Of a stretch of DNA of 45,173 nt, positions 28,514 through 36,358 are shown piece after piece. The stretch comes from Actinomycetota bacterium (lineage in GTDB: Bacteria; Actinomycetota; Acidimicrobiia; Acidimicrobiales; Ilumatobacteraceae). The stretch spans positions 1 to 45,173 of the forward strand of contig JBEGVD010000021.1 of NCBI GenBank assembly GCA_041178585.1, given 5' to 3'. The notes below the pieces were generated by a model. The model worked only from the letters and a program-made list of their open reading frames with translations, was not told the origin of the DNA and ran no database searches. A program made the position numbers and the translations under genes. Every line of letters starts with the position of its first letter. Position 1 is the first letter of the stretch.

Positions 28514-29931
28514 GATCGGGACTCGGTCCTAGCAAAGGTGATGACGAACCGTGAACCACCTTCACTTGATTCCTCCACGTGAGCACTTCCGTGAAGGGCA
28601 CGAGCGTGTTCCCTAACTATTGCCAATCCGAGCCCACTGCCTTTGCTGTTGCGAGATGCGGTTCCGCGTGCAAAGCGATCAAATACTTGATTGCGTTCGG
28701 TCACTAATACTCCAGGTCCGGCGTCGTGTACTGCGAGTGTAAACGTGTTTCCATCGCTGCTCAGTGTCACCCTTGTTGCTCCGTTGGCATGATCTCGGGC
28801 GTTCTCTAGAAGGTTGACCAAGATGCGCTCAATGCGCCGCCTATCGAGCCGTGTTTCGTCATCGGCTCGAGTTTCTCCGTCCGAGGCTTGCACCGAACTG
28901 ACAAATGGAATCTCACCAAAACCATACCGATGCATAATGCGACTGATGAGGTCGTTGAGTTGAACCTCTTCGGCCTCATGTTCCGCAACTTGGGCGTCAA
29001 GGCGCGAAAGTTCCAAGAGATCAAGAACGGTTCTGTCGAAGCGTTCGATCTGTTTCTGCATGATGTCAATTGCCTGCTGATTTCGCTCAGAGAATTCGGA
29101 CCTTCGCGAAACCAGGACATCCGCTGCTGCTGACAAAGCGGTTACGGGTGATCGCAATTCATGACTGACATCACTTGCAAAACGCTGTTCGCGTTCAATT
29201 CGTTGTTGTACGGCATCTGCCATCTCGTTAAATGAAACAACAAGTCGGTCAAGGTCGGAGTCATCTTCCTGAACCAACCGAGTATCAAGACCACCTGTTG
29301 CAATTTGGTTAGCCGCAAACGCAACTCGTGTGAGGGGCTGAAGCACCGTCCTGCTCATGGTTAACCCAAGAACACCAGCCGCGAGGGTAATGAGCACAAC
29401 TCCGATGAGCAGTGTGATTTGGATGGTGCGAAGCGTGTTTTCGACGTCGGTTACCGGAAAGGCTTCAAAGTAATGAAGTCCAATAGAGGGAACGGCAACC
29501 CCAACTGCTTCGTACGGTTTACTCTCAAATTGAAAACGTTGTCTGCTCGTCTTGTCGTTGAGTGTTCGTTCAACCAATTCTGGAGGCAAGTTCGATTGAG
29601 TGAATCGAAGTGGTTCCTGCGCATAGAACAGCGATGCTCGGCCTGGGCGTTCATCGAGCTGTACCACCGCATATCCGCCCTGTTCTGTTCGGATTTGTGT
29701 TACTAGGTCGGCGATATTCGCACTGTCTGTTTCGACGATGTTGCGCATTAGCTGCGCATTATTAAAGGCCTGTCGTTGAGCAACTTCTGATCGCTGACCA
29801 AGCAGATATGAGCGGGTGCTGGCATAGGTCACCACGCTGAGCGCTATTGCTGCTGTCATTGCAGCAAGACCGAAGAACAACACCATTCTGTGCTTCAGCC
29901 CAAGTTTTCGGGGGAAGCGCAACTGACTCAT
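28510..29931 (-). CDS. sensor histidine kinase, MtrB-like (TM-sensor-TM-HAMP-HisKA-HATPase)
   Basis: H-box FASDVSHELRSP, N-box LLENARDHA, G-boxes DAGPGV and GSGLGLAIV. Start is ATG 29931 or TTG 29958. Confidence 0.85.
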   Translation of the reverse strand: MSQLRFPRKLGLKHRMVLFFGLAAMTAAIALSVVTYASTRSYLLGQRSEVAQRQAFNNAQLMRNIVETDSANIADLVTQIRTEQGGYAVVQLDERPGRASLFYAQEPLRFTQSNLPPELVERTLNDKTSRQRFQFESKPYEAVGVAVPSIGLHYFEAFPVTDVENTLRTIQITLLIGVVLITLAAGVLGLTMSRTVLQPLTRVAFAANQIATGGLDTRLVQEDDSDLDRLVVSFNEMADAVQQRIEREQRFASDVSHELRSPVTALSAAADVLVSRRSEFSERNQQAIDIMQKQIERFDRTVLDLLELSRLDAQVAEHEAEEVQLNDLISRIMHRYGFGEIPFVSSVQASDGETRADDETRLDRRRIERILVNLLENARDHANGATRVTLSSDGNTFTLAVHDAGPGVLVTERNQVFDRFARGTASRNSKGSGLGLAIVREHARALHGSAHVEESSEGGSRFVITFARTESRS

Positions 29932-29963
29932 GGATACAGCATGGCAGTAAAAAGGCAAGACCG

Positions 29964-30006
29964 GAACCGGCGGGGCTCAAGGGGGAGCATGAACACCCGC
30001 CGGTTC
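29964..30006. repeat. perfect 11-bp inverted repeat GAACCGGCGGG-N21-CCCGCCGGTTC in the kinase/regulator divergent region
   Basis: Read directly: left arm 29964-29974, right arm 29996-30006, exact reverse complements. Confidence 0.85.
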
Positions 30007-30100
30007 GATAGGGAAATTCTGCTACCGCTACATGACAATTGCTGATGATTTGTGTGCGTTTTCTGTAACAATTTGCGCATTTCGGGCAGACTGCATAGCG

Positions 30101-30790
30101 ATGTTTACGCTGCTTTTCATTGAAGACGACGAAGCCATTCGTACCGCACTCAGGCTTGTGCTTGAGGACGAAGGCTATGAAGTTGCAGAAGCAGGCGATG
30201 GAGAGACTGGCATCAAAATGTTTGGGCAAATGGATCCTGATTTGGTTTTGCTCGATCTTCGATTACCCGATATTTCTGGTTTTGAAGTGTGCAGGGCGAT
30301 ACGGCGAACAAGTATCACTCCAGTCATCATGGTGACGGCCCAAACCGATACGTCTGATTTAGTTAACGGATTCGATGCGGGCGCTGATGACTACGTGACA
30401 AAGCCTGTAGTTCCAAAAGAACTCGCAGCACGCATACGCGCAGCGCTTCGCAGAACGCAAACAGTGGAGTCTTCTCCGTCAGGTCCAAAATCGTTGAACA
30501 AAATCGGCGATGTTGAAATAGATCGCAACCTGAGCATTGTGAAGAAGGCAGGAGTCGAGATTGCGCTTACGAAAACTGAATATCGATTGCTGGTTGAATT
30601 TGCGGATCATCCTGGAATGGTGATGTCACGAGATCAACTGCTCGAGCGAGTGTGGGGATATGAGTATCTAGGTGATTCACGTCTGGTGGATGCGCACGTG
30701 CGGCGCTTGCGAGTGAAGGTTGAGACCCAACCAGAAGAGCCGACCATGATCGTCACCGTTCGTGGAATGGGCTATCGACTACTGAACTAA
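30101..30790 (+). CDS. OmpR/PhoB-family response regulator, MtrA-like
   Basis: Receiver domain with LLDLRLPD and KP. Winged helix with VWGYEY...RRLRVKVE...VRGMGYRL, very close to mycobacterial MtrA. ATG at 30101. Confidence 0.9.
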   Translation: MFTLLFIEDDEAIRTALRLVLEDEGYEVAEAGDGETGIKMFGQMDPDLVLLDLRLPDISGFEVCRAIRRTSITPVIMVTAQTDTSDLVNGFDAGADDYVTKPVVPKELAARIRAALRRTQTVESSPSGPKSLNKIGDVEIDRNLSIVKKAGVEIALTKTEYRLLVEFADHPGMVMSRDQLLERVWGYEYLGDSRLVDAHVRRLRVKVETQPEEPTMIVTVRGMGYRLLN

Positions 30791-30794
30791 TTCG

Positions 30795-32693
30795 CTAGAA
30801 GGACTTAAGGAACTGAACGACATCGGAAAATTCAATAGTGCGTTTCATCGGCGGCAGAGTTGAAACAATTTTCTTGCCATAACCCTTAGTGGCGAGTCGC
30901 GGATCAAGAATGGCAACGACACCAGAGTCTTTACGTGAACGAATCAATCGACCTGCTGCTTGGGCGAGTTGTGTTGCAGCAAGTGGAATATCGATCTCGC
31001 TGAATGACGTTTTTCCAATCTCGTCTCGTCTGGCGCTGAGCAGAGGATCGTCGGGACGAGGAAACGGGATCTTGTCAATCACTACAAGACTGAGAGTTTG
31101 GCCGGGAACGTCTACTCCTTGAAAGAATCCGGCTGTTGCGAACAGGCACGCTGATTCCTCTGATGCAAACGCATCGACCAAAGCCATCTTTGGAAGATCA
31201 TCTTGGCGCCAAATTTTATACTCGAGACGACGCATCATTTCATCGGCGGCAGCATGCATTGCTCGATATGTGGTGAACAATGCCAATGTGCGACCTTGAG
31301 CGGCGTTGATCAATTTCTCTAACTCGTCATGAACAGCGTCATCTCTGCGAGAGTCGTTAGGCAATGGCAGGTGCTTTGCGCAGTACAACAGTGCGGAATT
31401 CTCGTAATCAAACGGGCTGCCTACGTCGATCGCGTCAACCTCGTCTTCATTCAGGCCAACACGAGTAGGCATTGCTAGCGGGATGGTTGCACTGGTGAGA
31501 ATTGCCGTTCGCTTCGACCAGACACCGTTGTTTAGTGAAGGCCCAACATGGAGAGGTGCGAGTTCAAGAATTGGTCGATCTTTACTGCCACTTACGAAAG
31601 CCACGGTTCGCGACCCGGCTGTAAGGGACCCATCGATAACTTCGATCAATCGAGTGCTCAGCGTCTGTCCTCTTAGTATCCGCTGCTTTGCCGATTCGTC
31701 GTTGCTGGAGATCGCCTTTAGTCCTGCCACCGCTTCATCAATCTTCAGTCGTAATCGGGCAAGTACATCTTGTATGTCATCGGGGAGCGGAAGCGGAACT
31801 CGTTTATCAACCTCGCCCGCGATGTAACCACCAAATTCGGATGCAAGTTGCTGAAGAGATCCGGTTAATGCATCATCTCTCACGATTGAGCGCAGTGCGC
31901 CTATTACATGCTGAATGCTTCCAGGACTAATCGCCATGCTGACTGATGCACTCATGACGTCTTCGAGTTGGTGTGCCTCGTCAAATATCACCACGTCATG
32001 TTCTGGGAGCAACGCGCCATCTGTTGCGACGTCAAGGCCGTAGATGTGTGTGTTGACAACAATGACATCCGCAATAGACGCAAAATCACGCGCGCGCTCG
32101 GTAAAGCACGTGTCACCTGATGGGCACCGACTTGCACCTGGGCACTCATCGCTACCGATGCTCACATGGCGCCAAGCGGCATCGCGAGGAGTCCATGACA
32201 AATCGCCCGAATCTCCAGTGGTCGTCGTTTCAGACCAGGCAACAAGTTTGTCAATATCAGATTTCACTTGTGCGCTGAAATCCTGAAGATCGAGCTTGTG
32301 TTGTTTTGGCTCGCGGATCTCGGCAATACGTTGTGCACACAGATAGTTATTGCGACCCTTCAGCACAGCCCATGAGATCTCGCGTCCGAGAATTGGTGTG
32401 AGCGCCGAGGACAGAATCGGTAAATCGTGTTTTGCAAGTTGATCTTGCAATGCTTTCGTGTATGTGGAAACAACAACGCGTTGCCCTGATGCAATTGCTG
32501 GTACGAGATACCCCAAAGTCTTCCCAGTACCCGTTCCAGCCTGGACGATTAAATGACGCTTATTTGCGATTGCATCCGCAATGGCATTTGCCATGGTTAC
32601 TTGGCCGGAACGTGCTTCAACATTTGGCAGAGTGTCTACAACTGCCTGAAGAAGATCTGCAACGCCAAGTTCGTGGTTTTGTTTAGCGGGCAT
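30795..32693 (-). CDS. dinG: DinG/XPD-family Fe-S ATP-dependent DNA helicase
   Basis: Walker A AGTGTGKT, DEAH box FDEAHQLED, and four Cys in the insert (NNYLC, ECPG, RCPS, DTCF). Confidence 0.85.
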   Translation of the reverse strand: MPAKQNHELGVADLLQAVVDTLPNVEARSGQVTMANAIADAIANKRHLIVQAGTGTGKTLGYLVPAIASGQRVVVSTYTKALQDQLAKHDLPILSSALTPILGREISWAVLKGRNNYLCAQRIAEIREPKQHKLDLQDFSAQVKSDIDKLVAWSETTTTGDSGDLSWTPRDAAWRHVSIGSDECPGASRCPSGDTCFTERARDFASIADVIVVNTHIYGLDVATDGALLPEHDVVIFDEAHQLEDVMSASVSMAISPGSIQHVIGALRSIVRDDALTGSLQQLASEFGGYIAGEVDKRVPLPLPDDIQDVLARLRLKIDEAVAGLKAISSNDESAKQRILRGQTLSTRLIEVIDGSLTAGSRTVAFVSGSKDRPILELAPLHVGPSLNNGVWSKRTAILTSATIPLAMPTRVGLNEDEVDAIDVGSPFDYENSALLYCAKHLPLPNDSRRDDAVHDELEKLINAAQGRTLALFTTYRAMHAAADEMMRRLEYKIWRQDDLPKMALVDAFASEESACLFATAGFFQGVDVPGQTLSLVVIDKIPFPRPDDPLLSARRDEIGKTSFSEIDIPLAATQLAQAAGRLIRSRKDSGVVAILDPRLATKGYGKKIVSTLPPMKRTIEFSDVVQFLKSF

Positions 32694-33375
32694 GAATCAA
32701 CTTGAGTGCATTATCTATTTCGTGAGAATCAAAATCGGGCCATGTTCGCTCGGTGAAGTACACCTTGGCTCCTTTGATTTGCCACAGCATGAAATTTGAA
32801 ATTCGAGATTCACCAGATGTTCGCACTACAACGTCGACAGGCGGAAGAATTGGCGCATACAAATGGTTTGAGATCTCTAGTGACGAAACATCATGCGGGG
32901 TGTGGTGACTTGCTCGAGAAAGTTGAGCGGCGCGAAGCAGCTCTGCACGACTTCCGTAGTCAAAGGCAACAGTTAGCACCATGCCAGTGTTGTGTGCAGT
33001 GTCTTCGATTGCCTGCAAAATTGCCTTCTGAATAAATCCTGGAGTCTTTGAACCTGGCTCATCGAATGGTCTGCCAATCCATTGGATTCGAACGTTGTTG
33101 GCGTTGAGCTCCTCGATACGTCCGAACAGCCGTTTATGTAAAGAGAGAATGTGTTTCACCTCAGCAGGTGGACGAACCCAGTTCTCTGTTGAAAATCCAA
33201 AAACTGTGAGCCAGCCAACATTTCGTGACGCACAGACACGCACCACTTCTGCAAGGTTTTCCTCACCGGCTGTATGGCCTTCAGTACGGGGAAGTCCTCG
33301 TCGTTTAGCCCAGCGACCATTGCCATCCATGATGCAGGCAATATGGATGGGAGATTGTTGATTCGCCGTATCCAT
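32683..33375 (-). CDS. uppS: cis-prenyltransferase (UppS family) with all catalytic motifs but lacking the C-terminal RXG motif
   Basis: IMDGNGRWAK, FSTENWVRP and RTSGESRISNFMLWQ are present. The protein ends ...WPDFDSHEIDNALKLIHAR*. Start is ATG 33375 (TTG 33417 is possible). The 3' end overlaps the dinG start by 11 nt. Confidence 0.85.
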   Translation of the reverse strand: MDTANQQSPIHIACIMDGNGRWAKRRGLPRTEGHTAGEENLAEVVRVCASRNVGWLTVFGFSTENWVRPPAEVKHILSLHKRLFGRIEELNANNVRIQWIGRPFDEPGSKTPGFIQKAILQAIEDTAHNTGMVLTVAFDYGSRAELLRAAQLSRASHHTPHDVSSLEISNHLYAPILPPVDVVVRTSGESRISNFMLWQIKGAKVYFTERTWPDFDSHEIDNALKLIHAR

Positions 33376-33994
33376 GCCGAACACCTTACTGATGTGGACA
33401 GTGATGGCGTGCGACAATAGTGATGTGGCTGACAGTTCATCATTACAACACGTTCTTGTTGTCGGGGGATCGCTCGATCAGTGGAACGAAATGTCGTCGT
33501 CGGATTGGTCGCAGTACATCGCAACATTGCGGGCATCGGTTGAGCAGATTGGAGCCGATTGGCTCACGGTGTATCCATATTCTGGTATTGCAGACTCGCA
33601 GATGGACAGTGCACTCTCTGAGAAGATCGCACAAGCATGTGGAGCTCAACTTGTGGATGGGAAGTTATTGCTTAGTGGTACAACCTCGGTAGTGATCGAT
33701 ACTTGCGCAGACGGTCAGCAAAGGTTTGTGCGAGCAGTCAACGGTTTATCTGAAGAGAAAATTACCGAAAAGAGTTTGGCGAACGCCATATTGCATCCTG
33801 CATCGTGCGAGCCAGATCTCGTGGTGATTTTTGGAGACCCCACGCAGTTGCCACCATCACTCGTGTGGGAACTTGCTTACAGCGAACTTGTGTACCTGAA
33901 CACTCATTGGCCGTACTGCAATATCGAAGATATTGAACTAGCAATAAATGACTTCCAACGCAGAGATCGTCGTTTCGGTGGGGTGGACTCATGA
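33374..33994 (+). CDS. degenerate UppS-fold paralog that retains the C-terminal RRFGG (NgBR/Nus1-like candidate non-catalytic subunit)
   Basis: HVLVVGGSLDQWNE replaces HxAxIMDGNxRWA. LTVYPYSG resembles LTLYAFS. DLVVIFGDPTQLPPSLVWELAYSELVYLNTHWPYCNIEDIELAINDFQRRDRRFGG aligns to the UPPS C-terminal half. ATGA-coupled to recO. Alternative starts at 33392 and 33404. Confidence 0.6.
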   Translation: MPNTLLMWTVMACDNSDVADSSSLQHVLVVGGSLDQWNEMSSSDWSQYIATLRASVEQIGADWLTVYPYSGIADSQMDSALSEKIAQACGAQLVDGKLLLSGTTSVVIDTCADGQQRFVRAVNGLSEEKITEKSLANAILHPASCEPDLVVIFGDPTQLPPSLVWELAYSELVYLNTHWPYCNIEDIELAINDFQRRDRRFGGVDS

Positions 33995-34710
33995 CGCTGT
34001 ATCGCGATAAAGGCGTGGTATTGAGAAGCTACAAACTCGGGGAGTCAGACCGCATTGTCGTGCTGATGACTGAGCAGCACGGAAAAGTCCGTGCGGTGGC
34101 TAAGGGTATTCGCAAGACCAAGTCGAAGATAGGCGCACGACTAGAACCGATGAGCCATGTTGAGGTTCAGCTGTACAAAGGCAGGGAACTAGACACCGTT
34201 TCCCAGGTTGAACTCATCGATTCGTCGGCGCGCTTACACAACAATCTCGACAAGCTGACCCAAGGCATGTCAATGCTTGAAGCAGTAGATCAAATTGCCG
34301 AAGACAGAGAGCCTTCGCCACACCTGTACCGCATGTTGCACGGAGCACTGAATGCCTTGATGGAGCAAGAGTCGCCAGTGATGCTCGCAGCCTTTTATTG
34401 GAAGTTACTCGCTGCAGAGGGAGTCAGCCCACAGGTTCAGGCATGCGTGGGGTGTGCTTCCAAGGACGGTTTGGTTGCCTTTGACATTTTCCATGGTGGA
34501 GTGCAGTGTCGTATGTGTCGAACAGGTATCACCATTTCACAATCAGCCATTGACCTGTTGCAGCAAGTTCTGGGAGGGCAACTAAACGTTGCGCTTGCAC
34601 AGCCAGAATCACCTGCAAGTTTTGAAGTTTCTCAACTAGCGACTCAGGCAATGGAGCATCACATTGAACGGCGACTGAGGTCAGTTGCAATGTTCAGTCC
34701 GCGTCACTAG
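33991..34710 (+). CDS. recO: DNA repair protein RecO
   Basis: N-terminal OB region YRDKGVVLRSYKLGESDRIV and the zinc motif CVGC...CRMC. Confidence 0.9.
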   Translation: MTLYRDKGVVLRSYKLGESDRIVVLMTEQHGKVRAVAKGIRKTKSKIGARLEPMSHVEVQLYKGRELDTVSQVELIDSSARLHNNLDKLTQGMSMLEAVDQIAEDREPSPHLYRMLHGALNALMEQESPVMLAAFYWKLLAAEGVSPQVQACVGCASKDGLVAFDIFHGGVQCRMCRTGITISQSAIDLLQQVLGGQLNVALAQPESPASFEVSQLATQAMEHHIERRLRSVAMFSPRH

Positions 34711-34730
34711 TCGGGTTGTAGTCTGTAGCC

Positions 34731-36038
34731 ATGCCCGCAAGCGATTTAGAGCAAGTTGTCAACCTTTGCAAACGCCGCGGCTTCGTTTTTCCAAGCGCCG
34801 AGATCTACGGAGGGTTCCGATCCTCGTATGATTACGGCCCGCTTGGGTCGCTCATGTTGCGCAATGTGAAGGATGCGTGGGTGCGCAGCATGGTGCAACA
34901 GCGTGACGATGTTGTTTTGATTGACGCCGCCATTCTTGGTCCACCTCAAGTGTTTGAAGCAAGTGGTCACTTGTCTAATTTCAGTGATCCACTGGTTGAC
35001 TGCACAGTCTGTAATCGCCGTTTCCGTGAAGACCAATTAGAAGTACGCGATTGCCCTCAGAAAATGAAGGGTTGTACCTTTACTGAAGCTCGTGCGTTCA
35101 ACCTCATGTTCCAAACTCATGCTGGTCCCGTGGAAGGTGAAGGCGCAACGGTATACATGCGCCCAGAAACTGCTCAAGGCATGTTTGTCAACTTCACGAA
35201 TGTTTTGCAAACCTCACGCAAGAAGCCGCCATTTGGAATCGCTCAGGTTGGAAAATCATTTCGCAATGAAATTACGCCTGGTAACTTCATCTTCCGTACT
35301 CGCGAGTTTGAGCAGATGGAGATGGAATTTTTTGTTCCACCTGCGGAAAGCGCAAAGTGGTACGACTACTGGTGCGAAACGCGCATGCAGTGGTATATCG
35401 ACTTGGGTATTCCGGCAGACATGCTGCGCCTGCGCGCGCATGAAGCAGACGAACTGTCGCATTACTCAAGCGGAACAAGTGATATTGAATTCAAGTTTCC
35501 TTGGGGTTGGGGAGAACTAGAAGGAATTGCGCAGCGCACAGATTTCGATCTCAATCGTCACGCTGAGTTCTCAAAACAGAAACTTGATTACTTTGATCAA
35601 GCGACAAATGAGCGTTATGTTCCATACGTAGTGGAACCTGCCGCTGGTGCTAACCGCACAATGGCAGCGTTCTTGCTTGCCGCATACGACGAAGACGTAA
35701 TCAACGACGAGCCGCGCACAGTGCTGCGTTTGCACCCTCGCTTGGCTCCGTATCAAGTTGCCATCTTGCCGTTGTCAAAGAAGGATTCACTCACGCCTCT
35801 TGCGGATCAGATTTTTTCGACACTCAGCAAGCGGTATTACTGCGATTACGACGAAACCCAAGCGATCGGCCGTCGCTATCGACGCCAGGACGAGATTGGA
35901 ACGCCGTACTGCATCACGGTTGACTTCGATTCACTTGAAGATGGTCAGGTAACTATTCGCGAACGCGACACCACTCAGCAAGAGCGAGTGTCAATCGATC
36001 GTCTTGAGCAAGTTCTTAGTGAAAAATTAGGGTTCTAA
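34731..36038 (+). CDS. glyQS: glycine-tRNA ligase (dimeric class II type)
   Basis: KRRGFVFPSAEIYGG N-terminus, class II motif 2 FRNEITPGNFIFRTREFEQME, and an anticodon-binding C-terminus. Confidence 0.9.
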   Translation: MPASDLEQVVNLCKRRGFVFPSAEIYGGFRSSYDYGPLGSLMLRNVKDAWVRSMVQQRDDVVLIDAAILGPPQVFEASGHLSNFSDPLVDCTVCNRRFREDQLEVRDCPQKMKGCTFTEARAFNLMFQTHAGPVEGEGATVYMRPETAQGMFVNFTNVLQTSRKKPPFGIAQVGKSFRNEITPGNFIFRTREFEQMEMEFFVPPAESAKWYDYWCETRMQWYIDLGIPADMLRLRAHEADELSHYSSGTSDIEFKFPWGWGELEGIAQRTDFDLNRHAEFSKQKLDYFDQATNERYVPYVVEPAAGANRTMAAFLLAAYDEDVINDEPRTVLRLHPRLAPYQVAILPLSKKDSLTPLADQIFSTLSKRYYCDYDETQAIGRRYRRQDEIGTPYCITVDFDSLEDGQVTIRERDTTQQERVSIDRLEQVLSEKLGF

Positions 36039-36049
36039 CAGGAGGAATC

Positions 36050-36355
36050 ATGAGCAAAGTAGCAGTGGCAGTCAAACTACGAATCAAAGCTGGTCAGCGT
36101 GATGCATTCACGGAAGCAGTTAAGCCAGGTCTGGCTACGGCGCAGAGTGAGTCTGGAACTCAGACGTACATTTTCCATCACGACGCTTTAGACGCCGATG
36201 TCGTGTGGTTCTACGAGTTGTACGCGAATCAAGATGCGATGAATGCGCATATGGGTAGTGATGCTTTCAAAGCATTCTCAAAATCACTTGCTGAATTCGT
36301 CGATGGAGCTCCTGAATTCAACTTGCTTACGCCGATTGGTGGCAAGGGTCTTTAA
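36050..36355 (+). CDS. antibiotic-biosynthesis-monooxygenase (ABM) domain protein
   Basis: About 100-aa ferredoxin-like ABM pattern (FYELYANQDAMNAHMGSDAFKAF). Confidence 0.7.
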   Translation: MSKVAVAVKLRIKAGQRDAFTEAVKPGLATAQSESGTQTYIFHHDALDADVVWFYELYANQDAMNAHMGSDAFKAFSKSLAEFVDGAPEFNLLTPIGGKGL

Positions 36356-36358
36356 GCC

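Noticed and set aside
29762-30229. 155-aa minus-strand ORF spanning the kinase/regulator intergenic region
   Set aside because: It overlaps the 5' ends of both the kinase and regulator genes. Its Cys/Arg-rich, non-protein-like sequence is most likely a chance open frame across the control region.
34711-36358. Looked for a T-box or leader upstream of glyQS and for a trp attenuator/leader peptide upstream of trpC
   Set aside because: The intergenic spacers are only 20 nt (recO-glyQS), 11 nt (glyQS-ABM) and 3 nt (ABM-trpC). There is no room for such elements.
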